Source: a virus
DNA: 18,421 bases
Virus record (IMG/VR): IMGVR_UViG_3300045988_008823
Coordinates: 1 to 18,421 of that record
Strand: one strand, 5' to 3'
Positions within the stretch are counted from its first letter, which is position 1; each line of letters opens with the position of its first letter. This document shows, piece by piece, positions 5,647 through 14,093 of this stretch. The translations under genes were made by a program, and so were the position numbers. The notes beneath the pieces were generated by a model that saw nothing but the letters and a program-made list of their open reading frames with translations, was not told where the DNA came from and ran no database searches.

Positions 5647-7377
5647 ATGGCAACTACTCCAGTGGTGACGCCGAAGCAGCAGCTTCGCCCGCTCACCGAA
5701 TTTAACAACGCTCAGATTCTTAACATGATTCGCAACGAGGCGTCGCCAGAGTACCAGAGGCGAATGCCCTCGGCCACTCAGATGAATATGGATAGGCAGA
5801 TGGCTACGCTTATGTCGTCTACCCAGCTTAAGAACGAGTTTTATTCGGCGTTAGTGAACCGTATCGGCGGCACTTACGTGAACACGTGGCGTTGGAACAA
5901 TCCGCTGAGCGTTTTTCAGCGCGCATCGCAGGCGTATGGTGACACGTGGCAGGAAATCGCCGTAGGTATGCCGCTTGCGCAGGTCTACGACCCTAATGCG
6001 GAATATCTCGGCGCGGATAACTTCCGCAAGTGGAAAATCGACGTGGATTCGCTCTATCATCGTTTGGACTTCGCCCACTGGTATCCCGCGACTACGGACG
6101 ACAAGACGCTTCAGCGCGCTTTCACGTCCGAAAACGGTCTAGCCTCGCTCACTTCCCAGATTCTCACCTCTTGTTATAACGCGGCTGAAGTGGACTTGTT
6201 CGAGGCCTTGTGTCATCAATTCGTTGAGTATGCGAAACTTGGCGGATATTGGCGTGTCCATATGGACAACGACCTGAACAACATGGGCAGTTCGGAGACG
6301 GACGCCCGCGACATGTTGCGCCAGATTCGCGCATGGGCTGACACGCTTAAATTCGTTTCCACCAAGTACAATGCCCGTCACATGCCGACCTTCGCCCGCC
6401 CGGACGAACTTGTATTGTTCTGTTCCCCCGAAGTCAAGTCGGCGCTTGACGTGCAGGGCCTTGCCACGGTATTTCAGCGTACGGACGCCGAGCCGACCAT
6501 CGACCGGATTATCGTCATTCCGCAGGACAGATTCGGCATGAATGGCGTGCAAGCCATCTTGACCACTGACAAGTTTCTGATTGACATTCCGGTCATTAAC
6601 GAGATGACTCAGCAGACCAATCCGGTCAACATCAATTCAGTTAACCATTATCTGCATGTCCAGCACATCATCTCAGTGTCCGGCTTCGCGCCCGCCGTGA
6701 TGTTCTGGACTGGCGCGGCGTCTACTTCCAACGTGGTGGCCCCTACCGGCACGCAGGCTCAGGCACCGACGTTCCAGCTCAAGCTTGCCATGTATGGCGG
6801 TGGCTCGGAAACTCCGAGCGACGTGGCGCGTGGCGGCGCGGTGCAGGTCACTGCTGATACGACGATTACTAATGACGGCACTGCCACGTTCCGTTCGGAT
6901 GCGGTTGAATATCGCATTGGCGACACCGCTAAGTCGAAGAGCGATTATACGTATATCTCGCCTACCGGCGTGCTTGTGGTCGGCCTTGACGAACCGAACA
7001 CCATCATCCCGATTACCGCAACCGCCTTGTACACGAACCCGGCGATGCCGGAAGTGCCGGGCACCGTGTCGGCGGCTCTGGACGTGCCAGTGGTCGGTGA
7101 CGGTGTTATCGGATTCAACCCGTCCATCATCGCGTCTATTGCCGTGACAGTCCCGAACGTGACTGTAGGACATCCGGCGCAGGCTACTGCCGTGGCGACA
7201 ATGATTGACGGACGTACCGCCGATGTGACCGCGCAGGCCGCGTGGACGTCCAGCACTCCGGCGAATGCCACCGCATCCGAATCGGGCGTGGTGACTGGCA
7301 TCAAGGAGGGCGCCTCTGACATCACCGCCACGCTGTTCGGCGTGTCTGGAAAAAAGAGCGTGACAGTGACCGCGTGA
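5647..7377 (+). CDS. Major capsid protein, phi29 gp8-like, with C-terminal Big_2 Ig-like domain (576 aa)
   Basis: Hand alignment to phi29 gp8: NMIRNEASPEYQRRMP with NAIRNSQGDNFKSYVP, NEFYSALVNRIG with NDFITSLVDRIG, YNAAEVDLFE with YNSAEVDEYE, and NHYLHVQHIISVSGFAPAVMF with NYYLHVWQVLSASRFANAVAF. The C-terminus (about 7129..7374) has the Big_2 signature ...AWTSSTPANATASESGVVTGIKEGASDITATLFGVSGKKSVTVTA. Confidence 0.93.
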   Translation: MATTPVVTPKQQLRPLTEFNNAQILNMIRNEASPEYQRRMPSATQMNMDRQMATLMSSTQLKNEFYSALVNRIGGTYVNTWRWNNPLSVFQRASQAYGDTWQEIAVGMPLAQVYDPNAEYLGADNFRKWKIDVDSLYHRLDFAHWYPATTDDKTLQRAFTSENGLASLTSQILTSCYNAAEVDLFEALCHQFVEYAKLGGYWRVHMDNDLNNMGSSETDARDMLRQIRAWADTLKFVSTKYNARHMPTFARPDELVLFCSPEVKSALDVQGLATVFQRTDAEPTIDRIIVIPQDRFGMNGVQAILTTDKFLIDIPVINEMTQQTNPVNINSVNHYLHVQHIISVSGFAPAVMFWTGAASTSNVVAPTGTQAQAPTFQLKLAMYGGGSETPSDVARGGAVQVTADTTITNDGTATFRSDAVEYRIGDTAKSKSDYTYISPTGVLVVGLDEPNTIIPITATALYTNPAMPEVPGTVSAALDVPVVGDGVIGFNPSIIASIAVTVPNVTVGHPAQATAVATMIDGRTADVTAQAAWTSSTPANATASESGVVTGIKEGASDITATLFGVSGKKSVTVTA

Positions 7378-7383
7378 TATAAT
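7375..7383 (+). promoter_or_regulatory. Extended -10 box TGATATAAT overlapping the capsid gene stop
   Basis: Perfect TGnTATAAT. The 12-mer GTGATATAATGG is repeated exactly at 9812..9823. Confidence 0.3.
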
Positions 7384-7430
7384 GGGAGGGTAGCCGGTTG
7401 GCTACTCTCTCTCACGGTGTGATGCAGGAC

Positions 7431-7467
7431 AAGGCCCGGAACAATCCACGTGATTGCTCCGGGCCTT
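7431..7467 (+). terminator. Intrinsic terminator or attenuator after the capsid gene
   Basis: AAGGCCCGGA (7431..7440) pairs with TCCGGGCCTT (7458..7467). An inner CAATC/GATTG extension closes a CACGT loop. The hairpin is followed by TGTCAT. Confidence 0.6.
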
Positions 7468-7487
7468 TGTCATACCGGAGGATAACA

Positions 7488-9815
7488 ATGATTGACGACG
7501 CGAACCCTTATGTGGAATCTAATTTTTCGTGGGCGGAGTGGACACCCAACACCACACTGAAACTCTGCCGCGTACCGTGGGATGCTTCATACCGCGATAT
7601 TGTGCGCTTTGTTTCACGTGAAACACAGCAAGAATGGTTTGACAAACTGGACGGCGTGGAATGCCGTCCGGCCACCATGCATATTTTCAACGCGCCAGTC
7701 CGCGTCGAACTGCCGTTTAACGAGGCGTCGAACTGGAATTATCTAGTGGCCTACAATGACTACCCCGGTCTGGAGGGGCCACGCGCATGGTATTACTTTA
7801 TCCAGCGCGTTGAATACGTCAACGCCCATTGCACGCAACTAGTCTTGATGCTGGACGTATGGCAAAGTTTCCAGCATGACGTCACATTCGGCAGCTGCTA
7901 TGTGATGCGCGGCCATATCGGCGTCGCCAACGAACACCAATGGGATGATTACGGGCGCACATATCTCGCTTTGCCTGAAGGGCTGGATACCGGAAGCGAG
8001 ATGGTCACGACGTCACAGGAATACCAGAGCATCATTGAGGGCCAACATTATGATATAGACGGTGGCAGTGTTGATTGGGTTGATTACGGCCTGATTGTGG
8101 TCAGCACCACGAATCTCTCTGACGACCCCGGCAACACTTCTGCCCCAAAATTGACTACCGCAACCGGGGCAATCTTCGAGCAGGAGACGGACGGCTGTTC
8201 CGTCTACTATTGCGAGAACAGGATGGCGTACGTCGCCAACATAATGGCTCTTGGCACGCTGTTCCCTTGGGTAACGCAAGGCATTTGCGCCGTGTACATG
8301 GTGCCAAAAATCCCACGGGATTACATAGACCGATACGGTGTTAAAGTCACGAAAATCTATGGGCAGCCGGTGTCTGAGGAATATGGCAGCATTTATGCTT
8401 TCAATTCGTCTCTCGATTCGGACTTACGCTATGAAGACGTTATGGCTATTCCGAACTTTCGTCGTAAATTCAACATCCCCGCCCGCTATCGGAACCTACG
8501 CAAACTCTATTGCTACCCGTTTTGCGTTATTGAATGCAGCTGTTTGAACGGCACGGTTATCACCTATCGACCTGAAGACATCCAATCCGACATGCTCACT
8601 ATCCGCGAAACCTACACTTACGCGCCGTCCGGCGCAAGGATTAACTTCTATGTCCCCGGATACAATGAGGCAGGAGCTGGCACTACCGTGCCGCTGCGCA
8701 TCAACGGCAAGGATATGGGACTCCCGATAGACGGCGGCGAAATGCTCAATGCAAGTTTTGGCATCACCAATCTACCCCACTTTTCCGTGGTCAACAATGG
8801 CGGCGCGTTGGCGATGGCAAACAGCGCGTACACCCGCGCCTACGCGCAGGAATCGGCCCAATGGACTAGGCAGAAGGCTTTGACCTCGGCAAACGTGGCC
8901 AACTCCAATGCTGCATTGCAGCGTGAATACGCCACACGGCAAACCAATTGGGCAAATGAGAACAGGACGGCAACCAATGCCATCACGGCAAACTCGCTGA
9001 ACCAGTCTCTTGCCATCGGGCAGAATCAAACCAGTCAGATGGCTAATCTCCAAGTAGAGCAGAACATCAAGAGCAATAATCTCAATGGTATGGCCGGTAT
9101 TATTGGCGGTGGACTGAACGCCATCGCGTCACATAGTCCGTTAGGTGCGGTGAACGCGGTTGGCGGCGCGTTCCTCGGCTCCGCGCGAACGGATATCGCC
9201 AATTACGGCATTAATTCGTCGGCTGCTGTCTCCAATTCCACGGCGGCGGCGAGTACGGCCAATCAGCTTGCCACCAATGCAGCGGCCGCATCGCAGGCCA
9301 ACGCCTACGCGAGCGGCGCGACCGGACTGAGCAACCAGCTCAACGCCCTTACCTCGCAAGCGAATTACGGACTGGCCTCGTACGCGGCGCAAGGCGACTA
9401 CCAGAACGCCATCGCCGGAATCAACGCCCAAGTGCAGCAGATGCAACTGACTCCGCCAACCACTTCAGGAGCGCTCGGCGGTGACATGTTCAATTTGTCG
9501 AACGGCATTATGGGCGTGTTGGTGCGGTTCAAAACGTGTGCACCGAGCGCGTTGAGGGCGGCAGGTGAATACATGCTACGCTATGGATATTTTGTCCAAC
9601 GATTCGTAACGCCACCCACTTCGCTGGAATGCATGGACAAATTCACGTTCTGGCAGATGCAGGAAGCGTATGTGCGGGGCACGTTGCCGGAAGAATACCG
9701 ACTGACCATCAAGGGCATGTTTGAACGTGGCGTGACGGTCTGGAACAAGCCTGAATACATCGGCGTGACCGACTGGGCGGACAATGAGCCACTGCCGGGT
9801 ATTGGCTATGAGTGA
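7488..9815 (+). CDS. Tail knob (distal tail tube) protein, phi29 gp9-like (775 aa)
   Basis: ATG 7488 lies 7 nt after GGAGG; the track's TTG start at 7398 would read through the terminator hairpin. Hand alignment to phi29 gp9: VPWDASYRDIVRFVSRETQQEWFDKL with [26 protein letters not shown], and WYYFIQRVEYVNAHCTQLVLMLDVWQSFQHD with [32 protein letters not shown]. Confidence 0.85.
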   Translation: MIDDANPYVESNFSWAEWTPNTTLKLCRVPWDASYRDIVRFVSRETQQEWFDKLDGVECRPATMHIFNAPVRVELPFNEASNWNYLVAYNDYPGLEGPRAWYYFIQRVEYVNAHCTQLVLMLDVWQSFQHDVTFGSCYVMRGHIGVANEHQWDDYGRTYLALPEGLDTGSEMVTTSQEYQSIIEGQHYDIDGGSVDWVDYGLIVVSTTNLSDDPGNTSAPKLTTATGAIFEQETDGCSVYYCENRMAYVANIMALGTLFPWVTQGICAVYMVPKIPRDYIDRYGVKVTKIYGQPVSEEYGSIYAFNSSLDSDLRYEDVMAIPNFRRKFNIPARYRNLRKLYCYPFCVIECSCLNGTVITYRPEDIQSDMLTIRETYTYAPSGARINFYVPGYNEAGAGTTVPLRINGKDMGLPIDGGEMLNASFGITNLPHFSVVNNGGALAMANSAYTRAYAQESAQWTRQKALTSANVANSNAALQREYATRQTNWANENRTATNAITANSLNQSLAIGQNQTSQMANLQVEQNIKSNNLNGMAGIIGGGLNAIASHSPLGAVNAVGGAFLGSARTDIANYGINSSAAVSNSTAAASTANQLATNAAAASQANAYASGATGLSNQLNALTSQANYGLASYAAQGDYQNAIAGINAQVQQMQLTPPTTSGALGGDMFNLSNGIMGVLVRFKTCAPSALRAAGEYMLRYGYFVQRFVTPPTSLECMDKFTFWQMQEAYVRGTLPEEYRLTIKGMFERGVTVWNKPEYIGVTDWADNEPLPGIGYE
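7611..7624. repeat. Perfect 14-bp palindrome GTTTCACGTGAAAC, copy 2
   Basis: Lies inside the tail-knob gene (codons F-V-S-R-E-T), 123 nt after its start. Confidence 0.9.
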
Positions 9816-9821
9816 TATAAT
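9813..9821 (+). promoter_or_regulatory. Extended -10 box TGATATAAT overlapping the tail-knob stop, 6 nt upstream of the portal ATG
   Basis: Perfect TGnTATAAT, then GGCGAT, then ATG 9828. This spacing fits a leaderless start, and there is no SD upstream of 9828. Confidence 0.4.
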
Positions 9822-9827
9822 GGCGAT

Positions 9828-10778
9828 ATGAGTAGGTCTAAAAAGAATCGAGTTGGCGGCGCGTCGCACCCGCGCGGCAATTACGCAAAAGCACGCGCAG
9901 CCACGCTTGATGACATGTATCTTCACTTGCTAATGGAACTCGCACTGAACCGTTTCAGTTGGCGCGGATTACCACCCACCGTAGACGAACGTTGGCTGGA
10001 AATATGTCTGTGCGAATACGGGTGTGCGCTGTTTTTCGAGGACAAGCGTATCGGCAGGTTCCTTGCAACGCAGGCTGGTTATCAAGGCAGGTTGAATGTG
10101 TACAACAATCCGACATGCTTCGAACCGGTAGGCGTCAACTACCATTATAGGCAGCTCAAGGCCGGTTCGGAATGCATTCCAATTTGGGACAATAGAATGC
10201 GCGTCGGATTCAAGCCGACATTATGGCAGTACGCGCGACGCCTTGCCGATATCGACAAGGCGTATGACGTGAACTTGGAGAGCCTGAAACTGCCAACCAT
10301 AATCACAGCCGACCCCCGCACCAAACTCACCGTGCAGAACATGCTTCAACAGCGGCAGGACGGTCAGGATTATATCATCGGATACGATTCGCTTGACCCC
10401 GGCAGCATGTTCCAGCCGTGGCCGAACACTACGCCTTATTTGCTGGACAAGTTCATCCAGCAAAAAGCACAGGTGACTAACGAAGTGCTGGGGTATCTCG
10501 GCATTCAGTCGTCCGGCACGGAAAAAAAGGAACGGCTGATATCCGACGAAGTGGCGCAGGCCAACGAGAAAGTAGACGTGTTCCGGTTGAGCTTCCTTAA
10601 GGCGCGGCAGACGGCGGCGACCGAGATTAACCGATTGTGGCCGCAGCTTAATGTCTGGGTGGAATATGCGGACGCGCAAAGCTCCGGCGTGCCCAACGCG
10701 CTTGACTCTAGCGCTTCGGGCACGACGGACATTGACATGCCGGCATCATATGACGCGGGTATCGGAGGTGTATTGTGA
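9828..10778 (+). CDS. Portal (upper collar / connector) protein, phi29 gp10-like (316 aa)
   Basis: Hand alignment to phi29 gp10: LELALNRFSWRGLPPTVDERWLEICLCEYGCALFFED with [37 protein letters not shown], and GIQSSGTEKKERLISDEVAQANEKVD with [26 protein letters not shown]. The basic N-terminus MSRSKKNR resembles MARKRSN. Confidence 0.92.
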   Translation: MSRSKKNRVGGASHPRGNYAKARAATLDDMYLHLLMELALNRFSWRGLPPTVDERWLEICLCEYGCALFFEDKRIGRFLATQAGYQGRLNVYNNPTCFEPVGVNYHYRQLKAGSECIPIWDNRMRVGFKPTLWQYARRLADIDKAYDVNLESLKLPTIITADPRTKLTVQNMLQQRQDGQDYIIGYDSLDPGSMFQPWPNTTPYLLDKFIQQKAQVTNEVLGYLGIQSSGTEKKERLISDEVAQANEKVDVFRLSFLKARQTAATEINRLWPQLNVWVEYADAQSSGVPNALDSSASGTTDIDMPASYDAGIGGVL

Positions 10779-11569
10779 CACAGGATTTTAGCGCCTACGC
10801 GATGGAAACCCCCGGAGAGTACACCGAAACGCTTGGTAATCTTATTGCATTCGGATATGATGACGACGACAAGCTACATCTTAGCGCCGACTATTATCCG
10901 ATTTACAACGAATCTCACCGCGCGGAGTTGAACGAGAAAATCGTTCGCCATTACGCGCTCAGGGAGATTGGTCAGGAAACCGCCCAACAGTTCATTTTTT
11001 ACTTAGGTGTGACGATGGCGGAAATCATGCCCTATTTTAATGAGCGCTACCGGACACTGGACATGGAATATAATCCGTTGGATTCTATGGACATGACCAC
11101 GGACAGCGAGAGCGGCAGCGAGTCCCAGTCGTCCGGCAAAGCGTCCAGCACGCAGGACTCAACCAGCTCCAGCAACAGCAAGTCGGATAATTCCAGCGCC
11201 ACCACGTCCAGAAGCTTCGACAGCGACGTGCCTCAGACCGGCGTTGTTGGCGACTTCGCACGCTACGCCTCCCACGCGAACGAATCACAGGCGGACAGCT
11301 CCGGCACCGCATCCAGTTCGCAGGATTCAGCCAGTCATACCACTGCGCAAAGCGCCACCGACTACCAACACGATTCAAGCAATGCCAAGGGCAAGAGCCA
11401 CGTGAACGGGCGCAGTCAGAGCGCCATGAGTCTGATTCAGGAGTACCGTCAGGCGATTATCAACGTAGACATGGAAGTCGTGCGGAGCCTTGAACCGTGT
11501 TTCATGCAGGTATGGGGTTCGTATGATACAATATTCACTGACTGCCATAACTATGAAGAATGGGAGTAA
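10775..11569 (+). CDS. Lower collar protein, phi29 gp11-like (264 aa), with a Ser-rich low-complexity insert
   Basis: GTG 10775 lies 7 nt after GGAGGT and overlaps the portal stop (GTGA). It sits directly after the portal gene. The segment IVRHYALREIGQETAQQFIFYLGVTMAEIMPYFNERY matches my recollection of the REIG-ET/EIMPYYN pattern of lower collar proteins. Confidence 0.65.
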   Translation: MTQDFSAYAMETPGEYTETLGNLIAFGYDDDDKLHLSADYYPIYNESHRAELNEKIVRHYALREIGQETAQQFIFYLGVTMAEIMPYFNERYRTLDMEYNPLDSMDMTTDSESGSESQSSGKASSTQDSTSSSNSKSDNSSATTSRSFDSDVPQTGVVGDFARYASHANESQADSSGTASSSQDSASHTTAQSATDYQHDSSNAKGKSHVNGRSQSAMSLIQEYRQAIINVDMEVVRSLEPCFMQVWGSYDTIFTDCHNYEEWE

Positions 11570-11571
11570 TT

Positions 11572-12207
11572 ATGAGTGCCATTAATGCACCGGTTCCACA
11601 GCAACGCTTATTCAACGGGGTGCCTACATCTGTTCCGTTCACTTATCGTGACGGGTTGACGACTTTGCAGTTGATTGAATGTCTGCGCCATAATCTCGAT
11701 ATCATCCAACGCGAACTAAGCAAGGTCGAAGAAGCTATGGCCGACCTCGCAGCGTCTACAGACAAGGCCCTTGCGGACTCCGTGGCGCAGATTAATCAGG
11801 ACATGGCTGCGTTGCGTGCAGAATTGCTCTCGCTGATTCATGAGATGGAGCAGCAGGGTGCGGCGACATCGCCGGTCTACGGGATTACGCAACCGCTCGG
11901 GGAAGTGTTGGGCGGCATGTATGACAATTCCCGCAATCATGGGCTTTTCTGGGGCGACTACGATAATATGCAGCTCACCGCCCAAGAATACGATGGGCTT
12001 ACCATTAATGCCCGCGAATACGACTTGAAGGCAACCGCCGTCGATAATTGTATCCCCGGCGACTTCCCCGGACGCTCTCAATTCCCCTACGGCAAGAGCA
12101 TACCCGAGAATCCACCCGCCGACATGTCGTTTATCACGCAATCGGAAGCCGATGCACGATATGTCGGGCGCAATCCAACCGCAGACAATTTCGATAAGAA
12201 AGGATAA
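11572..12207 (+). CDS. Tail appendage/fibre-associated structural protein (211 aa)
   Basis: ATG 11572 lies 5 nt after GGGAG. It has a coiled-coil segment (LSKVEEAMADLAASTDKALADSVAQINQDMAALRAELLSL) and the duplicated TAQEYDGLTINAREYDL motif common in Gram-positive phage tail proteins. The function is inferred from position. Confidence 0.4.
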   Translation: MSAINAPVPQQRLFNGVPTSVPFTYRDGLTTLQLIECLRHNLDIIQRELSKVEEAMADLAASTDKALADSVAQINQDMAALRAELLSLIHEMEQQGAATSPVYGITQPLGEVLGGMYDNSRNHGLFWGDYDNMQLTAQEYDGLTINAREYDLKATAVDNCIPGDFPGRSQFPYGKSIPENPPADMSFITQSEADARYVGRNPTADNFDKKG

Positions 12208-12212
12208 CTACC

Positions 12213-12632
12213 ATGACCGCATCCAACAAGACAGCAAATTACGAACTCAGCCAGTTCATCGGCTCCGACCGACCCACGTGGCTCGGAGATTACAACAGCG
12301 ACATGTCGAAAATCGATACGCAGCTGAAGCAGAACGCGGACGACATCGCGTCAGCAGCCGCCGGTGGCCTCACTTCGGTAAACCATACCGCCGACCTTAC
12401 CGGTAACGGTACGTCCGGCTCCCCGCTGGGCGTGGCGAGCACCATCGCCAAGAAAACCGACATCCCGGACGTGAGCGGATTCGCCACCACCTCCGCCCTC
12501 ACCTCAGGGCTTGCGGGCAAGGTCGATAAAACCGCCTCGCAGCCCGGCACGCTCGGATTGACGGCGACCGAACTTGACTCGATGTACAAGGACGCGAGCG
12601 GCATCGTCCGTGTTGGCAATGCCGAAGCCTAG
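12213..12632 (+). CDS. Short tail fibre protein (139 aa) sharing its N-terminal module with the next gene
   Basis: SD AAAGGA upstream. The N-terminus TANYELSQFIGSDRPTWLGDYNSDMSKIDTQL is paralogous to TGHYNLPTFGDNPNDRPSWRGDFTNAMTKIDNQM of the 12649 gene. The rest is Gly/Ser/Thr-rich and fibre-like. Confidence 0.55.
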   Translation: MTASNKTANYELSQFIGSDRPTWLGDYNSDMSKIDTQLKQNADDIASAAAGGLTSVNHTADLTGNGTSGSPLGVASTIAKKTDIPDVSGFATTSALTSGLAGKVDKTASQPGTLGLTATELDSMYKDASGIVRVGNAEA

Positions 12633-12648
12633 AAAAAGGAAAATAACA

Positions 12649-14091
12649 ATGTCTACCACACAGCATACCGGACACTACAATCTGCCGACATTTGGCGACA
12701 ATCCAAACGACCGCCCGTCATGGCGCGGCGATTTTACGAACGCGATGACGAAAATTGACAATCAGATGTACACCAACGCCACCAACATCACCACGGCGAC
12801 GGCAGCGGCGAACAACGCAACCACGGCGGCGGGCGAGGCTAAGACGGCGGCTGACAACGCCACAAGCCTCGCGCAGGCCAATAAGAACGATATTGCCGAC
12901 TTGGACGGCTATTTCGGTAAGCTCGGCGTCACGTCGGAATCAACCGCGCAGCAGCTTATGAATACCATCAACGGCAAGGCGGAAAATACCGAACTGACCT
13001 CGCTTAAGAGCACGGTATCTTCATTGTCCAGCACGGTTAATACCAAGGCGAACACCTCCGACGTGTACACCAAGGGTCAGGCCGATACGACGTTTACCAA
13101 GCAGGGCGGATATTCCGGCACCGCGCAGCAGTTGAACCAGCGTATTCAAGCGCTGGAAGCGACGCCGGAAGACCAGCTGCCTATCTGCCTCTGTATCGGA
13201 GACAGCTACGCCAATTCGTCCAGCACCGCCGACCCGGACGGCACGGACGCAACCAAATGGCCCACGCAGTTGAGAAACATCATCGGCAACGATTATCGAG
13301 TAAAAAACTACTCGGTCACTGGAGCTGGATTCAATGTGTCAGGCAATACGTTCACCGACCAAATTAACAACGCTTACAGTTCGTCGGCCATCGATAATGA
13401 CAATGTGGCGATTATCATTATCGGAGGCGGTCGAAACGATATCGGCACCACACCGCAGATGAAATCGTATGCAGACGCGACATTCTCCAATGCGCGCGCC
13501 AAATTCCCCAAGGCTCGTATCATCTCCGTACCTATGCTCTGGCACAACGTCGGCATGGATATGTACGGCCGACAGAAAGCTGCGGGTATCGCGGAAGCGG
13601 CTGCAAAAAACGGCGTGGAAAACGTTGACTGGGCTTGGACGTGGAATATTGGCAACGACTCCAATTTCCCCAGCGGCGACATTCACCCCAACGCCAACGG
13701 GTCGAAGGTTATCGCGTCCTATATGGCCTCCGCCGTTCGAGGCACTTATACCGGACGCTATGAAGCAGCTACTCTAGCGGCCCCAAGTGGTAACGTATAC
13801 TCCAATATCGTGGCATCTGGTGGCATGATTTTCGCTACACTTTGGGGAGAAGACCCATCTACCAACGCGGAACTGAAGGCCGGTATTACGTTCCCGAAGT
13901 GGGCTAGGTCTGCGAATGGTTCCTCTCCCAACATCCTCAGGGCGTGGGGCGCGGGCCTTACCAACTCCGGTTCCGCCATAAGCGGCTGGCTGTTAACTGA
14001 CACGAACTTGTCAGACGGCGCACCCAGAATTAGCTACTTCGGTAATACCGCTGGTGGTAACAATGGCTGTTTCGTGTGCTACCCGTGGTAA
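12649..14091 (+). CDS. Tail fibre/spike with SGNH (GDSL) esterase domain (480 aa)
   Basis: ATG 12649 follows AAAAAGGAAA; the track start at 12574 overlaps the previous gene. It has the shared N-terminal docking module and an Asn/Thr/Ala-rich coiled stalk. The SGNH blocks are CIGDSYANSS (about 13198), VTGAGF, IIGGGRND (about 13423) and GDIHPN (about 13678). Confidence 0.75.
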   Translation: MSTTQHTGHYNLPTFGDNPNDRPSWRGDFTNAMTKIDNQMYTNATNITTATAAANNATTAAGEAKTAADNATSLAQANKNDIADLDGYFGKLGVTSESTAQQLMNTINGKAENTELTSLKSTVSSLSSTVNTKANTSDVYTKGQADTTFTKQGGYSGTAQQLNQRIQALEATPEDQLPICLCIGDSYANSSSTADPDGTDATKWPTQLRNIIGNDYRVKNYSVTGAGFNVSGNTFTDQINNAYSSSAIDNDNVAIIIIGGGRNDIGTTPQMKSYADATFSNARAKFPKARIISVPMLWHNVGMDMYGRQKAAGIAEAAAKNGVENVDWAWTWNIGNDSNFPSGDIHPNANGSKVIASYMASAVRGTYTGRYEAATLAAPSGNVYSNIVASGGMIFATLWGEDPSTNAELKAGITFPKWARSANGSSPNILRAWGAGLTNSGSAISGWLLTDTNLSDGAPRISYFGNTAGGNNGCFVCYPW

Positions 14092-14093
14092 AC

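Noticed and set aside
7398-7487. N-terminal extensions offered by the ORF track: TTG 7398 for the tail knob, 12574 for the esterase fibre, 2574 for the TP, 1704, 11560, 15457 and 18127.
   Set aside because: Each extension lacks an SD, and each either overlaps the upstream gene or runs through a terminator hairpin. In every case an internal ATG or GTG has a proper GGAGG-type SD.
10369-10377. A minus-strand TGATATAAT inside the portal gene.
   Set aside because: It is a single antisense occurrence with no downstream minus-strand ORF or structure, so it is compatible with chance.
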